Shown here piece by piece: positions 27,126 to 41,353 of a stretch of 64,000 nt of DNA. The notes under the pieces were generated by a model. The model was not told the DNA's origin, did not search any database, and saw only the letters and a list, made by a program, of their open reading frames with translations. Each line of letters begins with the position of its first letter. The stretch's first letter is position 1. Origin of the DNA: the human T2T-CHM13v2.0 reference genome, Homo sapiens; the NCBI RefSeq assembly GCF_009914755.1, contig NC_060940.1; one strand, 5' to 3'. Made by a program: the position numbers and the translations under genes.

Positions 27126-28522
27126 TGGCACCGAAAAGGGTGCCCTGCTGTGGGAAACCCAGGCAGATGCCCCTGGCTTTATAGCCCCTTCACCACAGTG
27201 CTTTTATAAGCCCTGCAAAAAGGGTAGAAATCATTGCACGTTTACAGAACTTGGATTTGTAAGGGGTGAGGAGGATAGAAGACCTTTGCTTTTATTTTTG
27301 TTTTCTAATCACAGAAGAAAAAATGTCCTCATTGTTAAATAACGAAAAGCCAAATGTTAGAAAAATGTAAAGTCAAGTTTCTGCAGAATTCAACCCTAAC
27401 GATCCATTGTGCACCAGCCATTCTGCTGTTTGCTTTTCTTTTTCCCACCTTCCCAGTGTATCCTAGATCTCATTGTCCCGTTCTGTAACCCTGCCTGGTT
27501 TGGTTTAGGAGTGGCAGCTTGTTGTGCTATAATCTATTTAACCTGACCACGGGCATTTAGGTGGTTTCCAGCTTTTCACTATTACAAGCTACCATTTCAC
27601 AAATGCACCTGTTGCCTGTTGGGGTTAGTGACCTAAGTGACAGAGTCCCGAGAGACTGAGATTACGTACAGGCTCCCGGGTTTATTAGAAAAGGATACCA
27701 CAGAAAGTCAGCCACACAGTGAGGGGGTAGTAGAAAAATCCCAGCCTGATAATAGAGGCACCTCCAACTGTCCTATGGTGGCCCCCCACCACCCACAGAG
27801 TCATCTCTTGGAGGCCCTGGAAAAGTCCCTGCTGGGGAGTGGAGGGAGCCTGTCGCTGTTCCAGCTCCAGGGTACAGCTGAGAGACTCACAGTTGCACAT
27901 CTGAAGCTCCCAGTATGGTGTCTGTGCTGCTGGTGGTCTGGAAGCCACTAGCCAGTCACAGCAGGGCTCAGTAAGACACCCCAACAGCTCCTTATCCTGC
28001 CAGCCCATTACCCCTCCCTACTTCTCCCCCAGCAAGAGCCAGAATGACACAGAAAGAAAAAGAAGTGCTCTGGGTATCAGAATCACCTGGGTGACACGAT
28101 ACCCATGTTAGACTCCAGGTGGATAAATAAACTGTGGACTATTCAGAGAATGTACTACTATATAGCAAAAAAGAAAAGAAAAAGGAAAAGGAAAGAAGGA
28201 ATGAACTACTACCATTGCATACACAGCAACCTGGAAAGCCCTCAGATGTGGTAATAAGCGAAAGAGGCCAGACATAGGAAGTGTGCGTACTGTCTGCTTC
28301 CATTAGATAAGGTTCATGGACAGGCAAAACGAGTCTGATGTGCTAGAAGCAGAATAAGGGTTGCATTGGGGTAGCGGGTACTGACTGGGCAGGGGCATGA
28401 GGAAGTCTTCTGGAGAGCTGGGAATGTCAGATTTGGGATCTGGATGGTGCTTACACCGTGTGTATATGTAAAAATTCATCATGCTGGGCACTTAGGGTTA
28501 TGTATCTATGTGTTTTATACGT

Positions 28523-28866
28523 AGATATACCCGAGGCTGGGTACTTTATAAGGGAAAGAGGTTTCATTGACTTACAGCTCAGCACTGCTGGGGAGGCCTC
28601 AGGAAACTTACAATCATGGCAGAAGGTGAAGCAAACACATCCTTCTTCACATGGCAACAGCAAGGAGAAGAATGAGTGCTCAGCAAAGGGGGAAGCCCCT
28701 TACAAAACCATCACATCTCGTGAGAACTCACTATCACGAGAACAGGATGGGGGAAACCACCCCCATGATTCAATTATCTCCACCTGATCCCTCCCACAAC
28801 ACGTGGGGATTATGGGAACTACAATTCAAGATGAGACTTAGTTGGGGACATAGCCAAACCATATCA
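28523..28866 (-). mobile_element. THE1/MST-family MaLR solo LTR
   Basis: ggggaggcctcaggaaacttacaatcatggcagaagg...attcaagatgag...ggggacatagccaaaccatatca. Confidence 0.88.
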
Positions 28867-31131
28867 TACATATATGTGTGTGTATATTTCCACATATGTC
28901 AAGCTGTCCACTTAGGATTTGTGATATACATAACCCCATCTTTAAAAACATTAAGATTCCTAAGATTCTGCCTTAGACCCATTGACTCCTTGCTTGGAGG
29001 GATCCCCAAGCACTGCCTCAGTAGTGTTATGAGCAGGCGATTTTGAAAACTGCTCTTCTAAGACTACAAACCGCACAGCCTGTCTGCCATGCCTGCTCAG
29101 AGTGCACAGTGGCTTTTCTGAATGCAGTGGCTTTCCCGGAGAACTGACTTCCAAGGAGGACCACGCCACAGGCCCACACTGTGGCTTCCATCACGATCCC
29201 GGGCTCCCAGATTCCTCTTTGTGGTGTTTTTGATGATTCCCAACAGACTGTTGAGTTTGACTTTGATCGACCTCAGTTAGGTACCTCGACGGCTCCAAAT
29301 AACTTAATGGTTTATTTCCTCTTCACCCAAGAGCAACTGTTTTCAGTCCTGGAATATGGTAGAGATTTTCTTTGTTTGTTTTGTTTTTAGAGACAGGTCT
29401 CACCCTGTCGCCTAGGCTAGTCTCCAGTGATACGATCATGGCTCACTGCAGCCTTGAACTCCTGGCCTCAAGCTGGGACCACAGGTGCACACCATCACAC
29501 CTGGCTAAAGCTGAGATTTTGAATCTCCGAATAATAGTAATAATAATAAGAAGAATGGCAGTTAACATTATCGAGTGCTTGCATTGCGGCCCATGCTGTC
29601 CATTCACACAGCCAGTGAATCAGTGACTACTACTACTGTCCTGAGTGCTTTCTGTGCATTTTCTCCATTAACTCTTACCACTACTTCATGAGGAAGTTTT
29701 GGCTTCATGAAACTGGGGCGTGGGGAGGGTCAGCAGTTTGCCCAAGGTCACAGCACAGCTAGGAAGTGGCAGGGGCGAGATGTGGACACAAGCAGGCCAG
29801 TCCAAGTCCACGATTAAACCCAGAGCTTCCCAAACACTAGCACGCATGGGGAGCCCTGCACACTTCTCACATGCAGAGTGCTGGGCCCACCCCTGGAGAT
29901 TCTGACTCCGTGGCGCAGGGCCGGGGCCCAAGATCCTACAGGTCTGACAAGCTCCGGGGTTGCTGTGCTCCCCATCTGAGGACAAGACTCTGAGTAGCGA
30001 GGCTCCAAACCATGCCCCCAGCAGGTGTGAATCGTGTTCTGCCTTTAGCTGTCCTGGGGGCCGGGCAGGTGAGCTGGTGCAGCACTCACACAACATTCCA
30101 AAGGACAGGCGATGGGACAGCAGTGCCTGCCTTGCAGGGTGGCTGGTAAGAACACAGAGGGAAATATGCCTGGCAAGGGCCCAACACTGAGATATCAAAC
30201 TGCAGGCCATAGGCTGCAGCTGGCTAGTAGACATGTTTTTGCCGGCCAGCACAGCTTTAAAAGCTAGTTGATTTCAGTGGCAAACATGTCAGGATCAGGA
30301 GATGCAGTGTTGGAATCTGGTTTTGCCTCTCTTCACTGTTGAAAGCCCTCACCATACTGGCCTGCATTTCTGCAGGGCCAGGCGCTGGGAGCTGGGGAAT
30401 GGGGTTGCTCTTCAGTTGACCCCAGTGCCCTTGGGCCCTCATCACCCAGTTTTCATTGTTGGGCCCCCATAATGCATGACAAACTCTGACATCAGACCTA
30501 AGTTTGAATCCCTTCTCTGTGACTGTCTCTGTGCACGGGTAAGTTAACATCTCCGAGATGTTTTTGCTCATCTGCAAAATGGGAAGAATGAGCAGGATCA
30601 TGTGATGGTTAATGGTCATGTAAAGCACTCAGCCTAGTGGCCGGCATGTAGTAGGGATTCAGCAGGAAGGGACCTTTATGCAATCATGTTGCTATATAAG
30701 GAGGAAAAAAACCCTACTGTGGCCTTCAGAGTTGATGATGTGATTTGTGATGGCAGAAGGGGGCAGCTTTTTACCCTCATTCATGGGTGGTTTGTGAAAA
30801 TGCCCACACACCAGCTAATCTCCCCCTACTCCCAGCTCTTTGTTGCACTTTGCCATCAATGAAAAGAAAATGTTGGAGTGTCTTTTTTTTATTTGGTGTG
30901 GGAGGGCGGGGAAGGGCTGTTCTCTGGTGATGCCTTTGAACTTCCTGGTGACTGTACATTGAAGATGATCTCTTTGCTGGTTAAAAGTTAAGCTCTTCCC
31001 AGTTAGTGTGTTTAATCCCAGCAACCCAGAGGCTTACCTGATTCAAGTACATTAACGTGGTCATCTGCTTGTTACCTGGCTTATCTTTCCTCCAGCATGA
31101 GTTAACCTGTTTTGTTTTTTTCTCCCTCTAG

Positions 31132-31280
31132 ATTATTTGCTCTCAAATAACTACGTAAATTCTATCATCGTTCATAAATTTGACTTTTCTGATGAGGAGA
31201 TTATGGCCTATTATATATCGTTCCTGAAAACACTTTCGTTAAAACTCAACAACCACACTGTCCATTTCTTTTATAATGAG
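31132..31280 (+). CDS. CLEC16A: CLEC16A exon 4 (149 nt; [50 protein letters not shown])
   Basis: Polypyrimidine + TAG acceptor; GAG|GTAAGT donor; frame consistent. Confidence 0.96.
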
Positions 31281-33095
31281 GTAAGTAATTGCCAGAGGGG
31301 CACGTGTGGGTGTAAAGCCACACGTGGCTTTTTTTTTTTTTTTTTACGGCAGCGCCTTATATCTGGATGGTCTTGTGTCTGTTTACAAAGCTCTTATATG
31401 CTTGTTATGATTTTCATGGCAACACTTTTGACTTTGGCATGTTTAAAAAATTTTTTTAATTAAATAAGTTACCTTTCTATTAAAAAAATGTAATTCTTTG
31501 TAGAGACAGGGTCTTACTATGTTTCCCAGGTTGGCCTTGAACTTCCGGGGCACAAGCGATCCTCCTACCTTGGCCTCCCAAAGTGTTAGGATTACAGGCA
31601 TGAGCCACAGCACCTGGCCAGCCTTTCCATTGTTAATGTAAAATTCAGTTTGTTCTGAGAGCTTTATACTTGGTAGAGAGGAGACATGCCCAGATGTTGT
31701 CTTGGGGAAGTGTTGCCCTGTGGGAAAAACAGGAACTCCAGTCAGGGCTGGTTTTGTCACTTCCCTGCTGTGTCACCTTAAGGAAGTCCCAGTCCCTTTC
31801 TGAACCTCAGTTTCCTCATCTGAGAAATGGGGATAAGAATATACATCTTGTAGGGTTATTAGGGGTTAAATTAAATGAGATGATGTCTTCAAAGTGCCAG
31901 TATGTACATAGCTCCCTAAAAGCATAGACGTTGCTATTGTTGATAAGATAATGTCCCTGACATTCTTTGGGAGAATTATTAAAATGAACAACTTAAATAA
32001 ATAAATTGCTCCTGTCCTCACACCTAAAAGGGGTTTGAACAATAGGGTCAATGTATCACCCACACCAAAAGGTCCAGGCACTGGTCGTGCTGGGGCTGGT
32101 TCATCCTGTGGTTCAACAGTATCAGCGAGGACCCAGGCTTTCCCATCTTGCTGCTCTGCTGACTATACAGCTGGCATCCATCCTCAGGTTCAACCCCTCA
32201 TGGTCACAGGTTGGCTGCCACTGCCAAAATGCCTGATGAGATCACTTCCCTTCTTGTGTCCCTTTTTAACTTCCAAAGAAAACTTTCTCAGAAGGTTCTC
32301 ACCAGCCTTCCCCTCATGTTTCCCTGCATCCCACTGAGTACTTCTTAGGTGTCAGGTGCTGGGATAAGCACAAGACCAGAAATGATCTCATTTAATCTGG
32401 AAACCATAAAGTAGATGTTATTATCCCCATGTTATAGATGTAGAAACAGAGGTTTAGAAATACTGCATTGCACAGGTTAGAAGTGGTAGAATGGGTAATG
32501 AACCCAGGTCTGACATTATCTGGACTCATTTTCTTTTTAATTATAATTTTCAAAGTAGAGATGAGGTCTCGTCACATTGCCCAGGCTGGTCTCAAAACTC
32601 CTGACCTCAAGCAATCCCCCCTCCTTGGCCTCCCAAAGTGCTGGGATTCTGGGCATGAGCCACCACTCCCAGCCAATCAATCAGTGATTACTACTACTAC
32701 CACTACTACTGCTCTTTTTTCTTTTTTCTTGTTTTGAGACAGGGTCTTGCTCTGTTGCCCAGCCTGGCGTGCAGTGGCACGATCACATCTCACTGCAGCC
32801 TCCAACTCCTGGGCTCAAGCCAACCTCCCACCTCAGCCTCTCCCAAGTAGCTGGTACTATGGGTGTGCACCACCACACGGACTTGGACTCTTCTGTTTCT
32901 TCCATGGCTTTGCCTTCCTGTCCCTTTCTACATGCCCCATTGGGAATGAACCACTGACTTACGGTTCACATTGGCAACATTTTTTTTTTTTTTTTTGTCT
33001 TTTTCTGAAGTCTCTGATGGAATTCAGAGAGTTGGGGTGGGGCCAGGCCTGGCTTATGGGCTTATAATTTGTTTTCGTTATTTCTTTTGTTTTAG

Positions 33096-33201
33096 CACAC
33101 CAATGACTTTGCCCTGTACACAGAAGCCATCAAGTTTTTCAACCACCCTGAAAGCATGGTTAGAATTGCTGTAAGAACCATAACTTTGAATGTCTATAAA
33201 G
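33096..33201 (+). CDS. CLEC16A: CLEC16A exon 5 (106 nt; [35 protein letters not shown])
   Basis: tttcttttgttttag acceptor; AAG|GTAAGT donor; frame consistent. Confidence 0.96.
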
Positions 33202-34524
33202 GTAAGTGTCCTCATGGGCTTGTGTCTCGGCTGATTTCTGACTTGGCAGCAAGCACTCACTCCCGTGTGTGTGCGTACAGTTCTCCGATTGTCACGAGGG
33301 AGCACATTGATGATGAGCCGTGGCAGCTTCTCTCATGAAAAACTTGGAATCCCCTAGCATTTAGCTGGCCGCTCATGGAAATCCTTGCCTTCTCCAGGCA
33401 TGTCGAAGTCTTGCTCATGCTGCTACATAGAAGTAGGATGTCCTGAGAGGCACGTGTGGGATTCAGAGTGGCTATGTTTTAGAATTTGAGAAAGCAAAGT
33501 TGTCTTTTTAATGTGTCATTTAAATTTTTGTGTCTTGGCTTGTGAAATATACTTTAATACAGCTAAGGGGTAATTTGACTTTTAAGTAATATATAAAAGC
33601 ATGTCACATTGTGAACAGCAGGGGGCAATGTTGTATTCCCAACAGGCTGCAAAGCCCAGCACTAACAATTCCTCCTTTCCCTCAAGATGTTCTTAATGCC
33701 CAAAACATTGCCCCAGGGAAAAAGCCATTCCCCCACTCTCCGCTGCACTGACACAAAGGCTGCCTGGCCACAAGTTTCCTGAACTGGAATTGCCCTTCCA
33801 AGGCGATGCTTGGAAGTTCTCTGCCTAATTCCTGGGTTATTTTCCCCGGAGTCACCACAGTGGAGATGGGACTATTTTCTCAGGGATGAAAGGGCTTTGA
33901 CTTTCATGAGCCAAAATGTTATTACTCCCTAATGAGGGTGGGGGCTTCTCAGGGACTCACTCCAGCCTAGCACTGGGCTTACATTAAATTTAAGAACCTT
34001 TCTAAGAGCCCAACTGGACCCACCCAGGGGTCGCAAACTGAGGACCTGTGGGCCATATCCAGCCATCAGACATGTTTTAACTGGCTTAGTTTTTGAAAAA
34101 ATGTGTAGTTGCCAGTATTTAAAAATTGGGAGATCTTCCATGATAATCTGGATTTGCACCTTGAAGATGTAGATTTGGCTAGTCAAGGCCCACAGTCCTG
34201 CAGTTGGGGGGGTCAGCTGGCACAGAAGCAGCTGCCCCTTTGGGGTCAAGGCCCGTGCTCCCAGGTCACACGCTGGACCTCTGGCAACTAGCCAACGTGG
34301 CAGGCTTGTAAGATTGTGACCCTGGTCCAAGCCACAGTTGGTTCTGCTGCCTCCTGCTCTGTTTTCTCCTGTCTCCTTCTAACCTTATCTCTCTGTGCAG
34401 ATGCCTCCCACCCTAGTCTCTCTCCCTCTGAGCAGCTCTCTCACCTTCCCAGGTCCTAACCCTGTTAACTGTTGTCTGTTTTTTGCTTTTCCTTCAATGA
34501 CGATTCCTGTGTTCCTTATTCCAG

Positions 34525-34530
34525 TGTCAT
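34525..34530 (+). CDS. CLEC16A: CLEC16A exon 6, 6-nt microexon TGTCAT (inserts Ser-Leu)
   Basis: ttccttattccag|TGTCAT|gtaagt; gives VYKVSLDNQ as in the CLEC16A sequence I recall; phase 1-1. Confidence 0.88.
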
Positions 34531-34908
34531 GTAAGTTATTAACCTCTGGTTTTCTGCTTTCTTAATCTACCCTTATATGTAAATACCTTGCTTGAGAATG
34601 GTGTAATTCTCAGTGTAGTCTAGCTCAGTCTGCTACTGATAAGTAGGCTCTCCCATGCACCATTAATGTTTAGCCCAACTAATTTATTTTTAAGTATAAA
34701 ATATCATAAGAACTGCCTTGATGACTATAGTTTTATGAATAAGATAAACATTTTTAAGTATTTCCAGGAAAGACAGACAATTTCAGATTATAGCAGAGGG
34801 CTTTTTCATTGTGGTTTTTGGGTTTTGCTTTGTTTTTGTTTTTTTTTTAATCTTCCCCAAGTTATTTTTGGTAGCTTGACTTTTTTTTTCTTCTGTGAAT
34901 TTTCTCAG

Positions 34909-35032
34909 TGGATAACCAGGCCATGCTGCACTACATCCGAGATAAAACTGCTGTTCCTTACTTCTCCAATTTGGTCTGGTTCATTGGGAGCCATGTGATC
35001 GAACTCGATGACTGCGTGCAGACTGATGAGGA
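34909..35032 (+). CDS. CLEC16A: CLEC16A exon 7 (124 nt; DNQAMLHYIRDKTAVPYFSNLVWFIGSHVIELDDCVQTDEE)
   Basis: ttttctcag acceptor; GA|GTAAGT donor; frame consistent. Confidence 0.96.
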
Positions 35033-35542
35033 GTAAGTGACACCCCCAGGGCCACTCAGTAGATAGACAGGGTGGTTAGGGGAGAATTCTGTTTTCATCA
35101 AGGAAAAATAAACACAAGAACCGCACTTCCCTACCTCTGTGTAGGCAGAGCATGGACTTCCGTACTGTAAAAGGTCCTGCTCACCTATTTGTAATAATGA
35201 AATGCTGGAAACAACTCAGACGCCTCCCAGAGCAGGCGGGGTAAATCAATTCAGTACAGCCATAGATGGGGCTGCTACGCAGCTGGTGAGAAGGTCAAGG
35301 GGCTCTGTCAGCTGATGAATGCATTAACAAAATGTAGTCTGTCTGTACGATGGAATAGTGTTTGGCGATAAAAAGGAATGAAGTGCTGACACTTGGTGTG
35401 GCGTAGATGAACCTCAAAAGCATTATGCCTAGTGAAATGCCCAGAATAGGTGAATCTATAGGGGCAGAAAGTAGATTCGTGGTTTCCTAGGGCTAGGATG
35501 TTGTGTGGGGACATAGGAAGCAACTGCTAATGAGTATAGGGC

Positions 35543-35853
35543 TTTTTTTTCTTTTTTGAGACAGAGTATTGCTCTGTCACCCAGGCTGGAGAGCAGTGGG
35601 GTGATCATGGCTCACTGCAGCCTTGACCTCCTAGGTTTAAGCATTCCTCCTGCCTCAGCCTCCCAGGTAGCTAAGACCACCAGGCCTGTGCCACCATGCC
35701 CAGCTAATTTTTTTGATTTTTAGTAGAGATGGGGTTTCGTCATGTTGCCCAGGCCAATCTTGCATTCCTGGGCTCAAGCAATCCTCCTGTCTCGGCCTCC
35801 CAAAGTGCTAGGATTACAGGTATGAGCCATACATCCGGCCAAGTAAGGGGCTG

Positions 35854-35889
<36 letters not shown>

Positions 35890-36168
35890 AGACAGAGTCT
35901 TGCTCTGTCTCCCAGGCTGGAGTGCAGTGGTGCAATCTTGGCTCACTGCACCTCTGCCTCCTGGATTCAAGTGATTCTTCTGCCTCAGCCTCTGGAGTAG
36001 CTGGGATTACAGGCATGCACCACCACGCCTGGCTAATTTTTGTATTTTTAGTAGAGACAGGGTTTCACCGTGTTGGCTAGGCTAGTCTTGAACTCCTGAC
36101 CTCATGATCCACCCACCTGGGCCTCCCAGAAGTGCTAGGATTACAGGTGTGAGCCACTGTACCCAGCC
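35543..36168 (-). mobile_element. Tandem AluJ (about 35543-35840) and AluS (about 35858-36168) inside an L1M 3' fragment (about 35170-36330, +)
   Basis: Two antisense Alus; flanking L1MB-like tracts (aaaaggaatgaagtgctgacac; gtgaattatacttcaataaa). Confidence 0.87.
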
Positions 36169-36379
36169 ATAAGGTGCTTTTTTTTGCAGGGGGGATAACA
36201 GTGTTCTAAAATTGACTGTGATCATGGTCAGGCAACTATGTGACTCTACCAAAAACCATTACATTGTGTACTTTAAATAATTGAATGTTATGGAATGTGA
36301 ATTATACTTCAATAAATCTCTTTTAAAAAACAGATTAGGATGGTGGTTTTGTCCTCAAAGGGATGATTAGAAGTTCCAG

Positions 36380-36600
36380 AGCAGGATTTCTTTCCCTTGG
36401 CTCTATTGACCTCTTGAACTGGGCACCATTGTTGGGGGGGCTGTCCTGTGCGTTGTAGGATTTTTAGCAACATCGCCAGCCTCTCTACCTGCTAGATGCC
36501 AGTAGCACCCCTCCCCAGTCGTACCAACCAAAAATGTCCCCAGACATTGCCAAATGTCCCCTTTAAGGCAAATTCACCCTCACTTGAGAACCACTGCTCC
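36380..36600. mobile_element. MER20-like DNA transposon (similar copies at about 25755-25920 and 43780-43997)
   Basis: ctagatgccagtagcacc...aaaaatgtcccagacattgccaaatgtcccct...ttgagaaccactg. Confidence 0.75.
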
Positions 36601-37031
36601 AGGGTGACAGCTTTGCCCAGGCCTAGTGAGAGGTGCACCTAGATGGGGTCAGGATGCTAAAGGGACCAGGGCAGACCCATTGGAGCAATTGGGAAAGCTA
36701 GAAGCCTTATGGATTTAAACAGTCATGGATGCGAGACATAATGAGACACTTAACTATAGAAAGAACAAAGTTATACAAGCAAGGAAATGAAATCATAGTC
36801 CTCTATTTGGCTCCACAGGGAATGTTATGACATCAACCCCAATTACTGATAACTACTTGTGGGGAAGGGGCAGAGAGAATGGAAGAGTTCTGTCATAACA
36901 GGAGGTCAATAGATAATACCTAAAATGGCTCAATTGCAAAATAGGAGTCCATGCAGATTTTCTAGAAATATGGGAGGAACTATCTGCAGAAACAAGTAAC
37001 TGCCTCTGGACAGTGAGGAGAAGTAGAGGAG

Positions 37032-38265
<1,234 letters not shown>

Positions 38266-39195
38266 GGAATAATTATCCAGAATTATGTAAAAGAAGCAGA
38301 ATTGATCTTGTTTTTACTTTTTTTTTTTCAAGTATATACAGTTAGACGGATAGAAATGTGACATCTATATTTTAGATGTGACTACTACTAGGAGAGGTAA
38401 AAATGTAGAAAAAACAGACATTAGGGTTATAAGTCCCAAAATGTTAATAGTGGATATTTGTTAGTGGTGGGTTTGAGACTTTGAATTCTATTTGCTTTTA
38501 TATTTTAATTTGCTGTTGTCAAAAATGATCATCTATCAGTTGGGTAATAACAACAATACAAACAAAATGCCTAGCTAGCATTTGCTGCATACTCCTTGGG
38601 GGTGGTGAAAGCATCCTCACCAGCTGTTTCTGGAGTGTGAGACTGACTCCACCCAAGAGACATTACCCCCTGGCCCCCCATCCCCAGCATGCTGTTGCTA
38701 ACTGCTGGGAGACGGAGACCTCCAGGGCAGGGGCCTGGGGGAGGGGTGTCATGTCTTTGCTCTATGTCTGCATGTCGTCAGGGCCACTGGGGTGGCCACG
38801 GCTCTGGAGGCCTGCTTTTCTCTTTAGAACTCCTCTGGAGCATTTTAATTACAGTGGATTTATTGCTCCATTAGTGCTGCTTATCTGGGGAGCCAGGGGA
38901 TCTTGCCACAGTGGCTAGTAGCTGTGCTTATGCAGTGGCTTGCTGGAAGAGTTTAGCAGCATTTTGCTTTGTTTACCTCATTCTGGGAGACCCCAGCAGT
39001 CCCCTGAAATTGATTTTAGTAAACCTGCCCATTTTCCCTTGTATATCTCCCCAGTAGGGGCCAGGATAAGTGTCTCTTGAGACTAACTCAAATATGTGGA
39101 TGAACTCACAGTGACCTAAGTCTCAGGCCATTGATGTTAGGCTCAAAGGCTCCTAGTGTTGGCCTCCAGGCTGAGGTGGTCATTTCTCCTGGCAG

Positions 39196-39767
<572 letters not shown>

Positions 39768-40482
39768 CAGAACTGAGGTTTTGAGCCCAAGGGAGATTCC
39801 TTTCAAAGCACACTGGCTTTCCTTTCCTTTCCTTTCCTCTTATTTCCTGAGACAGAGACAGAGTGTGTGTGTGTGAGAAGACTATAAAAGTGAATGAGAA
39901 AAGATTACCGACATCAGGAGGAAACAGGAAACATCTACAAATGTAGGGTTTTGGTTTCTGTGCATCCTTCCCTGAAGTGTTCTCCTCCCCAGTAACTTTT
40001 CCTGGTAGTTGCCAGAACCCACTGATTTGGAGAAGATACAGACAGCGACAGAACTTGCGCAGCATGGAGGGAAGGGATGGAGCACACTCAGGGAACGGTC
40101 CCAGGGTGGTGACTGTCCACTGTTAGCAGGCCCCAGAGGCCTGTGGGGATGACGGCTGGTAACATGCAGGGCCTCAGGACCAGGAATCTGCATGTCTCAC
40201 CTATCCCTCAGGTGATTCTGATTCTGTGCTGCTGGTTCTCAGGGCCCCCCTGTGAGGAATGCTGCTTCTGGAGGGGAGGCCTCTGTGCAGTTCCTCCGGA
40301 GGTAAAAGGGCCTCAGCAGGAGGCAGGACAGAGCCAGCTGGTCACCATGCAGAGGTGCTCCAAGGGGATGGAGTTTTCAAGATTCTCACTACAGATGAGT
40401 AAATAAAAGAAAGTGTATTTTTAGTAGAAACGGGGTTTCACCATGTTGGCCGGGCTGGTCTCAAACTCCTGATCTCAGGTGA

Positions 40483-40653
<171 letters not shown>

Positions 40654-41299
40654 TAAAGGTGAATAAGCGCCTTAGCTTTACCAGAGGCAGCTCTGGGAGG
40701 CAGAGACAAAGTATGAGAATTGGAGTTTTCAGACCTGCATTCAAATTCTGCCTCTTCCCTTTCCTAACTCTGTGACCTAAAGCAGTTAACCTGAGCCCGT
40801 TTCTTCGGCTGCAAAATGAGGGCCTAACTATTCTTCTCTAACAGGGTGGGTGTGAAATGGAGCATCTTGAAATTCATTATAAACGAGGGGCTTTTCCAAG
40901 GCCAGAGTGCCCTAAACCTCCTCCCCCATGCTTTGAAAATAACTTCCCAAGAACAGGCCTCCTGGAGGCCTCTCCTGCCGGGGCGTCCAGTGCCCCAGCT
41001 GGTACAAATGAACGTGCTTGGTAACTTAAGGAGCAAGTTCTCGTGGGTCAGCCTCTCATCCGTGAGTAATGGTGAAAGGTTTCTCAGATGGAAAAATAGT
41101 GTCCTTGCAAACAGTATTGAGTGGGATTTTGCGGAGTGGACTTTTGAGTAGCACCAAGAAAGGACAGCCCTAGGGCCGTGGAGGAAGTCAGTGGGACAGG
41201 ACGCCTTTGTTCACACAGAAGGCTTTTGGCTTTGTGTATTTTGTGCTGCTCGCTTGTGTGACCTGATCTCTCTCTCTCTCTCCTGCCACCCTGCACTAG

Positions 41300-41353
41300 G
41301 GAGGAGAACGGCCGAAAATTAGCCTGCCGGTGTCTCTTTATCTTCTGTCACAG
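41300..41353 (+). CDS. CLEC16A: CLEC16A exon 9 (54 nt; GGERPKISLPVSLYLLSQ)
   Basis: (TC)n tract ... TAG acceptor; CAG|GTATGC donor; phase 0-0. Confidence 0.93.

Noticed and set aside
31301-31345. Hairpin plus T-run as an intrinsic terminator
   Set aside because: Bacterial mechanism, not applicable to a Pol II intron; kept only as an E-box/stem observation
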